From the NCBI GenBank assembly GCA_023265685.1, contig JAHFSP010000001.1, positions 54,975 to 118,974 on the forward strand: a stretch of 64,000 nt of DNA, written 5' to 3'. The notes beneath the pieces are model-generated. The model did not search any database. It saw only the letters and a list, made by a program, of their open reading frames with translations, and had not been told where the DNA came from. Both the position numbers and the translations under genes were made by a program. The first letter of the stretch is position 1. The number at the start of each line of letters is the position of its first letter. Of this stretch, positions 46,543 through 57,212 are shown piece by piece. Source of the DNA: Candidatus Woesearchaeota archaeon (lineage in GTDB: Archaea; Nanobdellota; Nanobdellia; Woesearchaeales; GW2011-AR9).

Positions 46543-47274
46543 TTATTCTTTATTTTTTTTAGGAGCACTGGCAATAATTTTTTGAAGTAATTCTTCAGTT
46601 TGGCATTTGACTCCCAATTTGATGAAATAATTGGTAATGTTTTTGATGTCACGTATGAGAAGCTCTTGGGCGTTGGGAGTTTTGGTGAGAGTGGATTGGG
46701 AGAAATCGATAATGACAGGTTTTTCATTATGGTTTAGGATGTTAAATGATGAAAGATCTCCATGTACTAATCCGCCAGCATACATTTTCTGCACTTGAAT
46801 GATAAGATCTTCAAAGAATTTGTTGGGATTTTGAGGAGGACAATCTTTTAGTGGGGGAGCGGCAATATCACCATCGCCAATAAACTCTTCAACAAGAATA
46901 TGATTTCGCCAAGCGAGTGGCGCAGGGACTCTGGTGCCACTCTTTTGAGCCCGTAGAATATTTTTATATTCTCGTTGAGTCCAAGCCATAATAACTTGGC
47001 GTCGATGTTGTTTAAGAAAATTGTAGCGAGGATCTTGTTTAATATACCCAAACATGCGTAAGAAATCACAATTTTGCATCCGGTAAATTTTAATGATGAT
47101 GTTTTTACCCTCATGTTTGGCGACAAAGACATTGCTTTCTTTGCCGACTTTGAGAGGAATATTGACTTCATCAAACATCCCTTTGCTTTGGAGTTCAAAG
47201 AGGGTTCGTTTGGTGAATTCATCGAAAACACCTTTATCTGTTTTGAACCGTTCTTGATACTTGAGAGTGACCAT
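46543..47274 (-). CDS. rio1: RIO-type serine protein kinase (Rio1-like)
   Basis: 243 aa. VFVAKHEGKNIIIKIYR (ATP-binding Lys), LVHGDLSSFNIL catalytic loop, and IIDFSQS. Confidence 0.8.
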   Translation of the reverse strand: MVTLKYQERFKTDKGVFDEFTKRTLFELQSKGMFDEVNIPLKVGKESNVFVAKHEGKNIIIKIYRMQNCDFLRMFGYIKQDPRYNFLKQHRRQVIMAWTQREYKNILRAQKSGTRVPAPLAWRNHILVEEFIGDGDIAAPPLKDCPPQNPNKFFEDLIIQVQKMYAGGLVHGDLSSFNILNHNEKPVIIDFSQSTLTKTPNAQELLIRDIKNITNYFIKLGVKCQTEELLQKIIASAPKKNKE

Positions 47275-47981
47275 ACAGTGGGAATGAAAGAAGACGAGTT
47301 TTTATGTGTTTACTAATAAGAATCAATCGCTACATCATGGACATTAAACGGCATACACTATTTTAACCACTATCAAGTTACACTCTAACCATAAAATTTA
47401 TATATTAGTGCCACTTACAAGTAGTATTAACACCTCAAACCACCTCTTTCCTCAGCGAGCCAGCAATGGTTTGCTGGGGTTTATTTTCTTAAAAGAAACT
47501 TGTTTTTAGCTTAGTTTTTCAATTTAAACAAAAATTAAGCCCTATTCTTATTTACCTACCGAAGCATTTATATACCACCACCGCTTCGAAGCATTTGCCC
47601 GACACGAGAGTACCTGTGGGAGCATACGGCCTGTCCAAGCCATGAACATGGGGGTTAGTGTTGCGGGCTTCATTTTCAACAATATGTTGAAAAGTGGAAT
47701 TAATCATAATTAACGTGCGTACTTTACATGGGTAAGGGAAGTAATCATCAACGAACCAAGAAGGGATGGGGCATAGTTCCCTTCGGCGCTTACATAATAG
47801 ATATTCACATTCGTTTCATCCTCACTATTTTAGAGGTATATCATCATACTCCCGAGTATTAGGAGAACATTTGTGGGTCCTATTCTGCAGTGCCATTCCC
47901 CCATAGAACAATCCTCTACCATTCCTTCAGGCCTTGATTGGTAATTGAAACGTTCTTCGCACATATACGGAGGAAACAAAA

Positions 47982-49346
47982 ATGGCAAAAATTAGCCCAG
48001 TAGCGGCAAAATATATTATTCATTCAACGATTACTATTGATGGCGTTGTTGATCGCCCAGACGTGATTGGAGCAATTTTCGGGCAAACCGAAGGATTGTT
48101 AGGAAACGACTTAGAATTACGTGAATTGCAACGTAGTGGACGTATCGGACGCATTGAAGTAAATATGAACACCACGTCTGGAAAGACGAAAGGCGAAATT
48201 ATCATTCCGAGTTCTCTTGATAAGACCGAAACAGCAATTGTTGCTGCAGCTTTGGAAATTATTCAACGTATTGGTCCTTGTAACGCCAAAATTGAAGTTG
48301 GTAAAATTGAAGATGTCCGTACTAGTAAACGTCAATTTGTTATTGAAAGAGCAAAAGAACTCTTGCGTGAACTTACTGATAGCACCCTTCCGGATTCACA
48401 GGAAATTTCCGATGAAGTTGCACAGTCCGTACGTATGATGGAAGTTGGTGAATATGGTAAAGATCGTCTTGCAGCTGGACCTGCTATTGAAGAAAGTGAG
48501 GAGATTATCATTGTAGAAGGTCGTGCTGATGTTCTTAACTTGCTTAAACATGGGTTCAAGAATGCGATTGCTATGAATGGTTCATCTTGTCCTGCGACAA
48601 TTAAAGAGTTAGCACGTCGCAAAACTGTTACAGCATTCGTTGACGGGGACCGTGGCGGAGATCTTAATGTACGAGAGCTGTTAAGTGTTACGGAGATTGA
48701 TTTCGTTTGTAAAGCTCCTGATGGTAAAGAAGTTGAAGAACTTACCAAAAAAGAACTCCACAAATGCTTACGTGGCCGAATTACTGCTGAACAAGCAAAA
48801 ATGGATCTTGGTATTGATGATGATGGTGGACTTAAAATGGATGAAGTCACTCTACGTCAACAGCCTTTTGCTCGACAGCCAAAACCACAACAAAACAATG
48901 GAGCACCACAACGTCGTCCTGAAAATGGACCACGCGAAGGTGGGCGTGAACATTCACAACCTGCTCCTCGTTTTAGTACCAATCAACGTGGACCTGCTCC
49001 CCCACGCGTTGTAGCTCAAGAAGCTGCTCGTGAGGAAGGAAGTGCACGTGCTACAACTGCTGATGAAAAGAAGAAACTTAAATCAACCATGGAAGATCTT
49101 TTCGGCACCCGTGGTGCATGCATCTTTGATTCTAAACTTAACATTCTGGGCAAAGTTCCATTAAGCGAAGTTAGCACCACCATTAAAAGTTTGAATGGCG
49201 GCGTGTATGCTCTTGCAGTTGATGGCGCAATTGATCTTGATTTAGTTAAAGTTGCTGAGAAGGTTGGTGTTGCTGTGCTTGTAGGTACTGGTAACAAAGT
49301 TAAAGAATCTTCAAAAGTAACGATTTTGACTGACGATCAACTTTAG
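47982..49346 (+). CDS. dnaG: Archaeal DnaG-type primase (Toprim domain)
   Basis: IIVEGRADVLNLLKHGFKNAIAMNG Toprim motif, conserved N-terminus, and a low-complexity Q/P-rich insert. 454 aa. Confidence 0.85.
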   Translation: MAKISPVAAKYIIHSTITIDGVVDRPDVIGAIFGQTEGLLGNDLELRELQRSGRIGRIEVNMNTTSGKTKGEIIIPSSLDKTETAIVAAALEIIQRIGPCNAKIEVGKIEDVRTSKRQFVIERAKELLRELTDSTLPDSQEISDEVAQSVRMMEVGEYGKDRLAAGPAIEESEEIIIVEGRADVLNLLKHGFKNAIAMNGSSCPATIKELARRKTVTAFVDGDRGGDLNVRELLSVTEIDFVCKAPDGKEVEELTKKELHKCLRGRITAEQAKMDLGIDDDGGLKMDEVTLRQQPFARQPKPQQNNGAPQRRPENGPREGGREHSQPAPRFSTNQRGPAPPRVVAQEAAREEGSARATTADEKKKLKSTMEDLFGTRGACIFDSKLNILGKVPLSEVSTTIKSLNGGVYALAVDGAIDLDLVKVAEKVGVAVLVGTGNKVKESSKVTILTDDQL

Positions 49347-49427
49347 GATTGAGTTTTTAATTTTATTTTTTCTGTTTTCTTTTTATCAATTAAGTTAGAT
49401 TGTTTGCTGAACATTGGTTTTATATAA

Positions 49428-50327
49428 TTGCTCTTTTCTTTTTTAATTATGAACTTAAACCCCTCCGTGTCCATTATCATTGCGACGATTATTTGGGGTC
49501 TTTCGGGTGTTTTTGTTAAATCGATTGCACTGCCTAGTACAGTGGTTGCTGCGTTTAGATTGGGAATTCCAGCATTTGTACTAGGGGGATACCTTCTCTA
49601 TAAGCGCTATCCAATTATTGAGAATTTTTCACGCTTTTTAGTGATAGTATCATTACTTAATGCAATACGTTTATTTTTATTTCTAAAAGGACTAGAATAT
49701 ACAACAATTACTCTCTCAGTGTTAATGAACTATACTTCCCCGGTATTTGTATTGTTGTTCTCAGTTTTATTATTACGTGAGAAGATTACATTGCGCCTCA
49801 TTTTAGTATTGTTAAGTATTTTTGTGGGGATAGGAATCTTATTTTTAGGGCACGAATTCTTTGCAACATCAGGAAATTTGGTTGGTTGCCTTTTGATGTT
49901 AGGAGGATCTATTATCTATGCATTTTCCATCGTTCTGCTTAAGAAACATAGCAAAGGATATGGTTATCTTGAACTTCTCTTTTATCAAAATATCCTGGGT
50001 GCGTTAATTTACTTGCCGTTTCTTTTGATGGCAGTACCGATGATTCCTGGGCCCACATTTGGCCTCTCCATTGTATATGGCCTAACTATTGGATTAATCG
50101 GATTTATGTTCTATTTTTACGGCTTTAATCGAATGAATGTGAGCGTATCATCTTTACTCACTTACTTTGAAGTTGTTACAGGTATTCTCTTTGGCGTACT
50201 CCTTTTCCATGAGACTATTACTTGGAGAATTGTTGTAGGAGCAATTTTTATTATTGCACCTTTATTCTTTGTTCATGAGAGAAAACCAATTGCAATCCAG
50301 AAGGCTGGGTCGTTGAAAATAAGATAG
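49428..50327 (+). CDS. EamA/DMT-superfamily transporter
   Basis: About 10 TM helices with duplicated EamA-like halves. 299 aa. Confidence 0.6.
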   Translation: MLFSFLIMNLNPSVSIIIATIIWGLSGVFVKSIALPSTVVAAFRLGIPAFVLGGYLLYKRYPIIENFSRFLVIVSLLNAIRLFLFLKGLEYTTITLSVLMNYTSPVFVLLFSVLLLREKITLRLILVLLSIFVGIGILFLGHEFFATSGNLVGCLLMLGGSIIYAFSIVLLKKHSKGYGYLELLFYQNILGALIYLPFLLMAVPMIPGPTFGLSIVYGLTIGLIGFMFYFYGFNRMNVSVSSLLTYFEVVTGILFGVLLFHETITWRIVVGAIFIIAPLFFVHERKPIAIQKAGSLKIR

Positions 50328-50376
50328 ATTTGTAGGAACAACTGCCCTATTTTTTGACTGTGAACAAGCTGAGATT

Positions 50377-51192
50377 TTACCCGGATTTGATGGGCATTTC
50401 CTTTCCTAAATACTTGAGCACATTCTCTTTGTATTTAGGGTGGTTGGGAAATTGTTCGCAGAGTTTTTCGTATTCGTAGCGTATTGCAGGAAGAGCAACT
50501 TTCGGTTTTCCTTTGAGAACTTGAAAAATGGCCGGATTAGTTGTGGCAGCACGAGCGACCATAATTTCATTAATCCCTAATTTTTGGAAATGTTTTATGT
50601 CTTCTATTTTGGTGATATCACCGTTGGCAATGATTTTTTTACCTGTTTTGAGGATATCTTCAAAGACGCTCCAATCAGCAGGATCCATAGATTTTTCTCG
50701 GGCATGACGTGCATGAACAATAAAAGCATCGGCATCCACATCTTTAATGAGGTTGAGATAAACTTTGTGTTCTTTTTCGTAGGCATTGAGTCCTAAGCGC
50801 ATTTTGATAGTTACAGGAAGACCGAGTTGTTGGAGAATTTTGACAAGCTCTTGGACACGCGCGACGCGTTTAATGAGAGCAGCGCCACTGCCTTCACGAA
50901 TGACGTCAGGACTAGGACAGCCAAGATTAAGATTAAACCCGACAGGTTTGATGTTGTATAAATGGAAGACGTCAACAAATTTTTGGAGTGTTGTGGGTTT
51001 GGTGGTGAGAAGTTGGATGATAGTGGGCGTGTCGTTTTTGAGATCAAGCATCGCAAGCGTCGATTTGTTGCCTCGTACGAGAGCATCGACACGAATCATC
51101 TCGGTATAAGTAACATCAGCACCATAATTGTAACACAGCGTACGAAATGCGCAATCAGAGACGCCTTCGAGGGGAGCAAGATGGATGATCAT
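50377..51192 (-). CDS. dus: tRNA-dihydrouridine synthase
   Basis: MIIHLAPLEGVSDCAFRTLCYNYGADVTYTEMI. TIM-barrel Dus motifs including the catalytic Cys region (NLGCP). Confidence 0.8.
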   Translation of the reverse strand: MIIHLAPLEGVSDCAFRTLCYNYGADVTYTEMIRVDALVRGNKSTLAMLDLKNDTPTIIQLLTTKPTTLQKFVDVFHLYNIKPVGFNLNLGCPSPDVIREGSGAALIKRVARVQELVKILQQLGLPVTIKMRLGLNAYEKEHKVYLNLIKDVDADAFIVHARHAREKSMDPADWSVFEDILKTGKKIIANGDITKIEDIKHFQKLGINEIMVARAATTNPAIFQVLKGKPKVALPAIRYEYEKLCEQFPNHPKYKENVLKYLGKEMPIKSG

Positions 51193-51239
51193 TTAGATTC
51201 TAGAATAAGGGTTTATTATAAAGTATTGTCTTAAAACTA

Positions 51240-53054
51240 GTGTTTACAAAAGAGATAATAGTTATTTTAAAGAATCGCTCAAATAAGACTACTATGAATC
51301 AATTCCTTCCTGTCTCTCTTTTTGAGGGCAAACAGCACTACTCTGATTTCACGCAGTTTGATGTCGTGTTTGTGACAGGTGATCCTTATTATGATCATCC
51401 GCTTAGTGGGATGTCGATTATTGCTCGGCTATTAGATGCGAAAGGGTACAAAGTAGGTATTATCCAGCAGCCAGAAACGGATGAAGAATTTATGAAATGT
51501 GGGCAGCCAAAATATTTCTTTTGTATTACGAGCGGTCTTCTGGATTCGATGCTGGCTAATTATACTCCGATGTTGCATAAGCGGGAAAATGTACTTGTTC
51601 CTGAGAGGGCATTAATTACGTATACACAAAAAATTAAAACGCTCTTTAAAGGTTCGATTACGGTTTTGGGAGGTGTGGAAGCTACGATTCGTCGGTTTAC
51701 TCATTTTGATTACAAAGAGAACGGATTGCGTCGAGGAATATTACATGATAGCAAAGCAGACTTGATAATTTTTGCAAACGCTGAACGGGCAATTTTGACG
51801 TTATTAGAAAGAATGAACACAGAAATAAGAAAAGTTAATGGAGAGAGAAGAGAGTTCTCACAGATTCGGTCCGGGCTAGATCTTTTTTCCATCGATGGAG
51901 TGTCGTTTCGGATTAAGAAAGATGAAATTAAACCAGATATTCGTATTTTACCTAGTTTTGAGCAGTGTGTCGAGAACAAAGAAGAATTTAGTTTGCTTAC
52001 TCGATTGCATTATTTACTTCCGGATGCGCCATTTATTGAACCAACTGGTGCTGGTTTTATCCGACATAATCGTCCTGAACATACTCTCACCCAAGAAGAG
52101 ATGGATCTGATTTATGAATTGCCGTTTGTGCGTGAGATTCATCCAGCAGCTAAGAACCGTGATTTTAACGTGCAGATGGTTGAGAAGCTTGCCGCGTCGG
52201 TGATTATTGGCCGAGGATGCTGGGGAAGTTGTAATTTTTGTGTGATTCCGTTGGTACAAGGTAAAGAAGTTGCCAAACGCAGTAAAGAAGGAATAGTTCG
52301 AGAGATTGAATCACTTTATGCTAAAGGGGTGCGTAAGGTCAATGATCTTACCCTACCAACACTTAATATGTATGGATCATATTGTGATCTCTATAAACAC
52401 CCTAAAGAAATTTATTCGCCTGTAATTAGGAAGATGATAACAGTGTACAACAAGAAAGAGTATTGTAACCAAGAGTGCGTTGGTTGTTCTCATCGTCAGA
52501 TTAGTGATGATTTAATGCCAATTTTAGAAGCTGTGGAGAAGCTTAACATGAAGTATCAGGGAACTACGATGGAGTTGCGTTCTGCCCTACGACATGATAT
52601 TATCTTGGATCAGAAGAAACTTTTTCGTAAAATTATGCAGTTTACGACTCGTCTTAAAATTGCTCCTGAACATATTTCGGATAAAGTGTTGGCATCGATG
52701 AACAAAGCAACACGTAAAGAGTTTGAATTATTTTTGGAAGAGTTTGAGAAAGTGAACAAGGAACAGGGTACGCGGAAAAGATTGGTACCTTATTTTGTCG
52801 CAGCACATCCTGGCTCGACGCAAGAAGACATGGATGAGTTGAAACGGTTTTGTGAGGATAAGAAACTGTTTGTGAATTTAACTCAAGTCTTTACGCCTAC
52901 ACCTGGCACGGCTTCAACTGCAACATATTATACTGGAATTGAGACACGAAATAAAAAAAATGTGTACGTTCCTCGAGCGTTTCGTGAGAAGAAAGATCAA
53001 AAATATACATTAATGAGGAAGGAAGAGCAGGATGTAAGTGATGAGAGTGGATGA
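51240..53054 (+). CDS. Radical SAM protein, YgiQ/UPF0313 family
   Basis: CWGSCNFC (C-x3-C-x2-C) in a YgiQ-like context. 604 aa. Likely start at the internal Met (~51294). Confidence 0.7.
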   Translation: MFTKEIIVILKNRSNKTTMNQFLPVSLFEGKQHYSDFTQFDVVFVTGDPYYDHPLSGMSIIARLLDAKGYKVGIIQQPETDEEFMKCGQPKYFFCITSGLLDSMLANYTPMLHKRENVLVPERALITYTQKIKTLFKGSITVLGGVEATIRRFTHFDYKENGLRRGILHDSKADLIIFANAERAILTLLERMNTEIRKVNGERREFSQIRSGLDLFSIDGVSFRIKKDEIKPDIRILPSFEQCVENKEEFSLLTRLHYLLPDAPFIEPTGAGFIRHNRPEHTLTQEEMDLIYELPFVREIHPAAKNRDFNVQMVEKLAASVIIGRGCWGSCNFCVIPLVQGKEVAKRSKEGIVREIESLYAKGVRKVNDLTLPTLNMYGSYCDLYKHPKEIYSPVIRKMITVYNKKEYCNQECVGCSHRQISDDLMPILEAVEKLNMKYQGTTMELRSALRHDIILDQKKLFRKIMQFTTRLKIAPEHISDKVLASMNKATRKEFELFLEEFEKVNKEQGTRKRLVPYFVAAHPGSTQEDMDELKRFCEDKKLFVNLTQVFTPTPGTASTATYYTGIETRNKKNVYVPRAFREKKDQKYTLMRKEEQDVSDESG

Positions 53055-53264
53055 GTATCTTGTTTTTATATATTACTCACTGGGTTTAGTAAACGAAGGG
53101 TTTGTTTTCCCTTCAGTACAGAAAACGAATAGATTTTAGCTTTCATGTACTCTGTAGCTCTGCGCAGAAATGAGTTCATTTCATGCACCAGTAGTGATCT
53201 GCATTCATTGACTCTCCGTCGTATTTCTTGTGTTGTGGTTTCTTACTTCTTCAAACAATTCTTT

Positions 53265-53663
53265 CTACTCATACGTCTCAGGATCAAACGATGAAATCAA
53301 AAAAATAGTAAATCCTAGTTGAAATAGTGCTGAAACAATACTTATTATCGTAATAATAAAAACCATCTGTGCAGTCATCATATTAAGAATTCCCAACGTG
53401 ATCCCCAAAATAAAAAAAAGCAAACTACTAATAACGCCATACACCGGCAACACAAACAAAACTCGCGGTGCTTGCCACTTCACATAAAAGATAAACGTTA
53501 CCAAATGGTAAAAGAAAAAGAACAGCAATGCTCCTGCCGCAACACTTGCAAGTAAACTTACCCGCTTTCCCAACAACAATAAAATATCATTACTCAGACT
53601 CAAAAGAACAAACCCGATCATCAATAGAATGTACATCTGAAGGTAACCACGATTAAGAGCCAT
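53265..53663 (-). CDS. Hypothetical membrane protein
   Basis: 132 aa with four TM helices. Confidence 0.4.
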   Translation of the reverse strand: MALNRGYLQMYILLMIGFVLLSLSNDILLLLGKRVSLLASVAAGALLFFFFYHLVTFIFYVKWQAPRVLFVLPVYGVISSLLFFILGITLGILNMMTAQMVFIITIISIVSALFQLGFTIFLISSFDPETYE

Positions 53664-53826
53664 ACCAGTAGAATAGTTGTTTTGTTATATATTGTTTACG
53701 GATTCGTCGGTTTATTTACCCATCTACAACCCCAATCTACAACCCTAAAAACGTTCTCAGAACCTCCAAGCAGACCTCTCAATTGGCTAGAAATCTTTAT
53801 AAATAACCTCTTTTTCAAGCTTTTGT

Positions 53827-54357
53827 ATGGTACGCTTACGTAAATTTTCCGCATATCAAAACCTAGAACGCCCGTATACTCGGATTAGTAAGTATACCAA
53901 GAAAAATTACGTTCGTGGTGGTTTCCCTAACCTTAAAATTACTAAATTTGATATGGGAAGTCCTTCAAGAACCTACGATACAACTATTCGTCTCTGCGTA
54001 ACACTGGACATGAACATCCGTCAAAACGCTCTTGAGGCAGCTCGTCAAACATCTAATCGGGTATTAGAAAAAGCTATCGGAAAAGATTATCACCTTCGTC
54101 TCAAACTCTATCCTTTTCATGTTCTTCGTGAAAACCCTCTTGCATCAGGTGCAGGAGCAGATCGTACTAGTACAGGTATGCAGAAAGCATATGGGAAACC
54201 TATTGGGTCTGCTGCACGTGTCCATGCTGGTCAAACTGTTTTTGAACTACGATTAGCAAAAGCAAATATTACTACTGGTCGCCTTGCTATGGAAAGAGCA
54301 TCAAAGAAACTTCCTTGCCACTGCAAAATTCAAGTCATTGAACCTGCAGTAGTATAA
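53827..54357 (+). CDS. rpl10e: Ribosomal protein L10e (uL16)
   Basis: MVRLRKFSAYQNLERPYTRISKYTKKNYVRGGFP is a classic L10e N-terminus. 176 aa. Confidence 0.9.
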   Translation: MVRLRKFSAYQNLERPYTRISKYTKKNYVRGGFPNLKITKFDMGSPSRTYDTTIRLCVTLDMNIRQNALEAARQTSNRVLEKAIGKDYHLRLKLYPFHVLRENPLASGAGADRTSTGMQKAYGKPIGSAARVHAGQTVFELRLAKANITTGRLAMERASKKLPCHCKIQVIEPAVV

Positions 54358-54508
54358 ATTCTGCTTTTTCTTACGTTATCATTCGTTCTCTTTGTGTAAA
54401 TTTCAGTTCCCTCTCTTCATTCTTATTCCTTCTTATACTTTCTTAACTCTATAAAAATCAAAAGAAATCAAAAACAAATCCATCACCATTAAAGATATAC
54501 TACTAAAA

Positions 54509-54901
54509 CTAATCCTTCGTACTATCTTGATTCTTAGAAAAATCTTCATGTTGTTGCTCCAACTCATAAATAGCTCGGCGCAATTGAAGTTGACGTACTG
54601 CAACCTGATCCGGCTCTTTACCAGAAGTTTGATCCTGCGCCGCATTCAAAAATTCACTAGCCTGTCGTCCATCAATATAATCAATATCTTCTTCATGCGT
54701 CTGATGAGAAAGAATATGCATCTTATGACGAACTAACTCTAATTCTTCTTCAAGTTGTTGGTAAACTGGTGCAGCAGGATTTATTTTTACTGGCACACTA
54801 ACCGTCACGTTCGGCTCAATCAAATCATCTCCTGATTCAGAATGCCTTCGTCGTTGTGCAAACCAGCGTTGTAAAAACATATTATCTCCTCTTTTTTCCA
54901 A
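54509..54901 (-). CDS. Hypothetical acidic protein
   Basis: 130-aa ORF, no motif. Confidence 0.3.
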   Translation of the reverse strand: MEKRGDNMFLQRWFAQRRRHSESGDDLIEPNVTVSVPVKINPAAPVYQQLEEELELVRHKMHILSHQTHEEDIDYIDGRQASEFLNAAQDQTSGKEPDQVAVRQLQLRRAIYELEQQHEDFSKNQDSTKD

Positions 54902-54943
54902 ACCTATTAACCTACTATTAACCTATTCTGGGTCAAACCTATC

Positions 54944-55975
54944 CTAATCTAAATCAATTTCTTCTTCGCGTGCTTCAGCGTCTTCTCTCTGCTTTTCCTC
55001 AAGCTTAAGTGCGGTCTGTTCAGCATAAAAAACAACGGCACGTGTTGCAATCTCTGCTTTAATCTCATCAAGTGTTTTATGTTTGGTAGCAAATCCCGCA
55101 AGCTGTTCCTGTGTAAGTATATCCTTCTTACTCACATACACAAAAATTGGTTTACGCATTCGCAACGTCTTAAACAAACGCTCTTGATTTTCAAAAGGAT
55201 AACCACAATACTCACTAATATCAAAAACATAAATGATTGCCTGCGCAACTTCTTCAAGCACCAATTGGGCCTGCAACTCAATCGTATTCATTTTATCTGG
55301 ACGTGCTAATGTTCCAGGAACATCCAACACTTGAATAATTGCACCATCTTGAGTATAAAATCCCGAATTAATCGTTTTAGTTGTAAACGCGTAGGCTGCG
55401 GTAAGTGCTTTACTAGGAGTCAGCTTATTAAGCAAAGTACTTTTACCAACGTTAGGAAAGCCGTAGATACATACTGTAAACATGTCTGTTTTAATATCAG
55501 GATACGTTCGAAATATTTTACGTGCACTATCTAAGAATAATAGGTGGGGTTCACTACGTTTAATCACTGATGCAATCCGACCATATGTTTCAGTAGAAAT
55601 TGTTTTCATTTCTTCTCGATTAGTGCACTTAAAAATCCGTCGAACTGCATCACGATGCAATTTTTGCATGATTCTGGTTGAATCCACAAGTCCTTTAAGC
55701 GAGCGCTTATATGCTGCCATATCAATTGTCAATTCCATTAATCGCTGGTAGAATGGAGGAAGTGTGTATTCTAAAGGGAAATCCCTGTTCACCCGCTCAA
55801 ATGGCGGCAACAAAGTATCTTTAACAACATCTAATTTAAGTGATTCTTTAATTCGAATTTTCTCAATCCAGCTACCTTGAAGATCTTTCTGTCGACCTTT
55901 CATACGAGCCTTTCGAAAAGAGTTATGAAGAATCTCTTTTACTTTTGGAACTTCTCCAATTTTTTGAAAATTCAT
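54944..55975 (-). CDS. NOG1-family GTPase (Obg/DRG-related ribosome biogenesis GTPase)
   Basis: GFPNVGKSTLLNKL (G1), DVPG (G3), a NOG1-like N-terminal helical region, and an acidic tail. 343 aa. Confidence 0.75.
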   Translation of the reverse strand: MNFQKIGEVPKVKEILHNSFRKARMKGRQKDLQGSWIEKIRIKESLKLDVVKDTLLPPFERVNRDFPLEYTLPPFYQRLMELTIDMAAYKRSLKGLVDSTRIMQKLHRDAVRRIFKCTNREEMKTISTETYGRIASVIKRSEPHLLFLDSARKIFRTYPDIKTDMFTVCIYGFPNVGKSTLLNKLTPSKALTAAYAFTTKTINSGFYTQDGAIIQVLDVPGTLARPDKMNTIELQAQLVLEEVAQAIIYVFDISEYCGYPFENQERLFKTLRMRKPIFVYVSKKDILTQEQLAGFATKHKTLDEIKAEIATRAVVFYAEQTALKLEEKQREDAEAREEEIDLD

Positions 55976-56081
55976 AGTAGCAAAGAAGCAAGGCGCTTAT
56001 ATTAAGGTTTGTGCCTCATTTAGATAAATTCAACAAAGCAAAATTAAACCTCAAAATTGAACGTAAAGAGGAAGTCTCCTT

Positions 56082-57122
56082 TCATTTCCACTGATTTCTG
56101 GTATCGTAACTAACCACTTGATCACGGTCAGATACACCAAATCTGCCCTGTTTTGCAGCATACATCGCAAGATCAGCCTCTTCAATCAAAGCAGCAACTT
56201 CTTTCTTTTTATCGTTCCCAAAATAAGTAGTCAAACCTATGCTAGCAGTTTGTTGATGTTTTGTGTCAATACCTTTCTCTGCTAATCGCGAAGCATAATC
56301 TACTTCACGCACTGCCTTTAAGCATCGCTGCGCAACAAGCATTGCTTCATTTTGATTTTTAAGAATAAAAGCAAACACTAACTCTTCACCACCATACCGC
56401 AACCCAATATCCTCTTCACGTAAAGATTTTCTCATTGCTTGTGCTGAATTAGTAAGAACATAATCTCCAAAATCATGCCCATATTTATCATTCGCAAGTT
56501 TGAAATGATCTAAATCAGCAAGCAAGATCCCAATTCCATTATCTGTTTTGGTTACAGCGCAGGTTTCCAATAAAATTTTTATTCTCTCCATACCAATTTC
56601 CCGTCGAAGAAGACCAGTAAGATCATCATGGCTTAATTCATCAATTTTTCGTACTATTGTTAAATTATCAGCAATAACCTTAGCCATAAAACGAATCGTA
56701 TCTCGTGATGGATTAGCCTGAGTTGTTGGTGTATAAACATGAAGTTCTCCCATAACTTTCCCTCCAGCACTAACCATGGTTTCATGACGATAAGAACTCT
56801 CTCCAGTTTGTTGAGGGGCAAGTCCTACTGGCGTAAAAAGTTTTTCTAATGGGAGCAATTGTTCTCTTTCTAATTCACAGACACGCTTCTTATCCTTTTT
56901 ATAATCATTTTTTGCAGATTTTTCCAATTCAATACGAACCTGAGAACCAGGAATTATCGCACTTAAAAATGATTCATATCTGGCGATAGCAGTTGATACG
57001 CCATCTGCCATTTCATACAACCCCGTTAACAGAGTGTACAAATCTCTTTCTCGTAGATTAGAAAATGATCCATTGGCTCGTTCTCGAGCGTATTCAATGT
57101 GTTCTTGCAGCCCCATTTTCAT
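56082..57122 (-). CDS. GGDEF-domain protein (diguanylate cyclase-like; GGEEL variant of the signature)
   Basis: DDLTGLLRRE, DLDHFKLANDKYGHDFGDYVL, RYGGEEL, TASIGL and ADLAMYAAKQGR match GGDEF motifs in order. About 170 aa of N-terminal sequence with unknown sensory function. Confidence 0.7.
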   Translation of the reverse strand: MKMGLQEHIEYARERANGSFSNLRERDLYTLLTGLYEMADGVSTAIARYESFLSAIIPGSQVRIELEKSAKNDYKKDKKRVCELEREQLLPLEKLFTPVGLAPQQTGESSYRHETMVSAGGKVMGELHVYTPTTQANPSRDTIRFMAKVIADNLTIVRKIDELSHDDLTGLLRREIGMERIKILLETCAVTKTDNGIGILLADLDHFKLANDKYGHDFGDYVLTNSAQAMRKSLREEDIGLRYGGEELVFAFILKNQNEAMLVAQRCLKAVREVDYASRLAEKGIDTKHQQTASIGLTTYFGNDKKKEVAALIEEADLAMYAAKQGRFGVSDRDQVVSYDTRNQWK

Positions 57123-57212
57123 TTTTAAAACTGATTACAATATAAACTTTTCTAGAATTATCCCTAAAAAGTAGTAAATAAAATCTAAAAATTCCTTTAC
57201 TCACCTCCGTCC

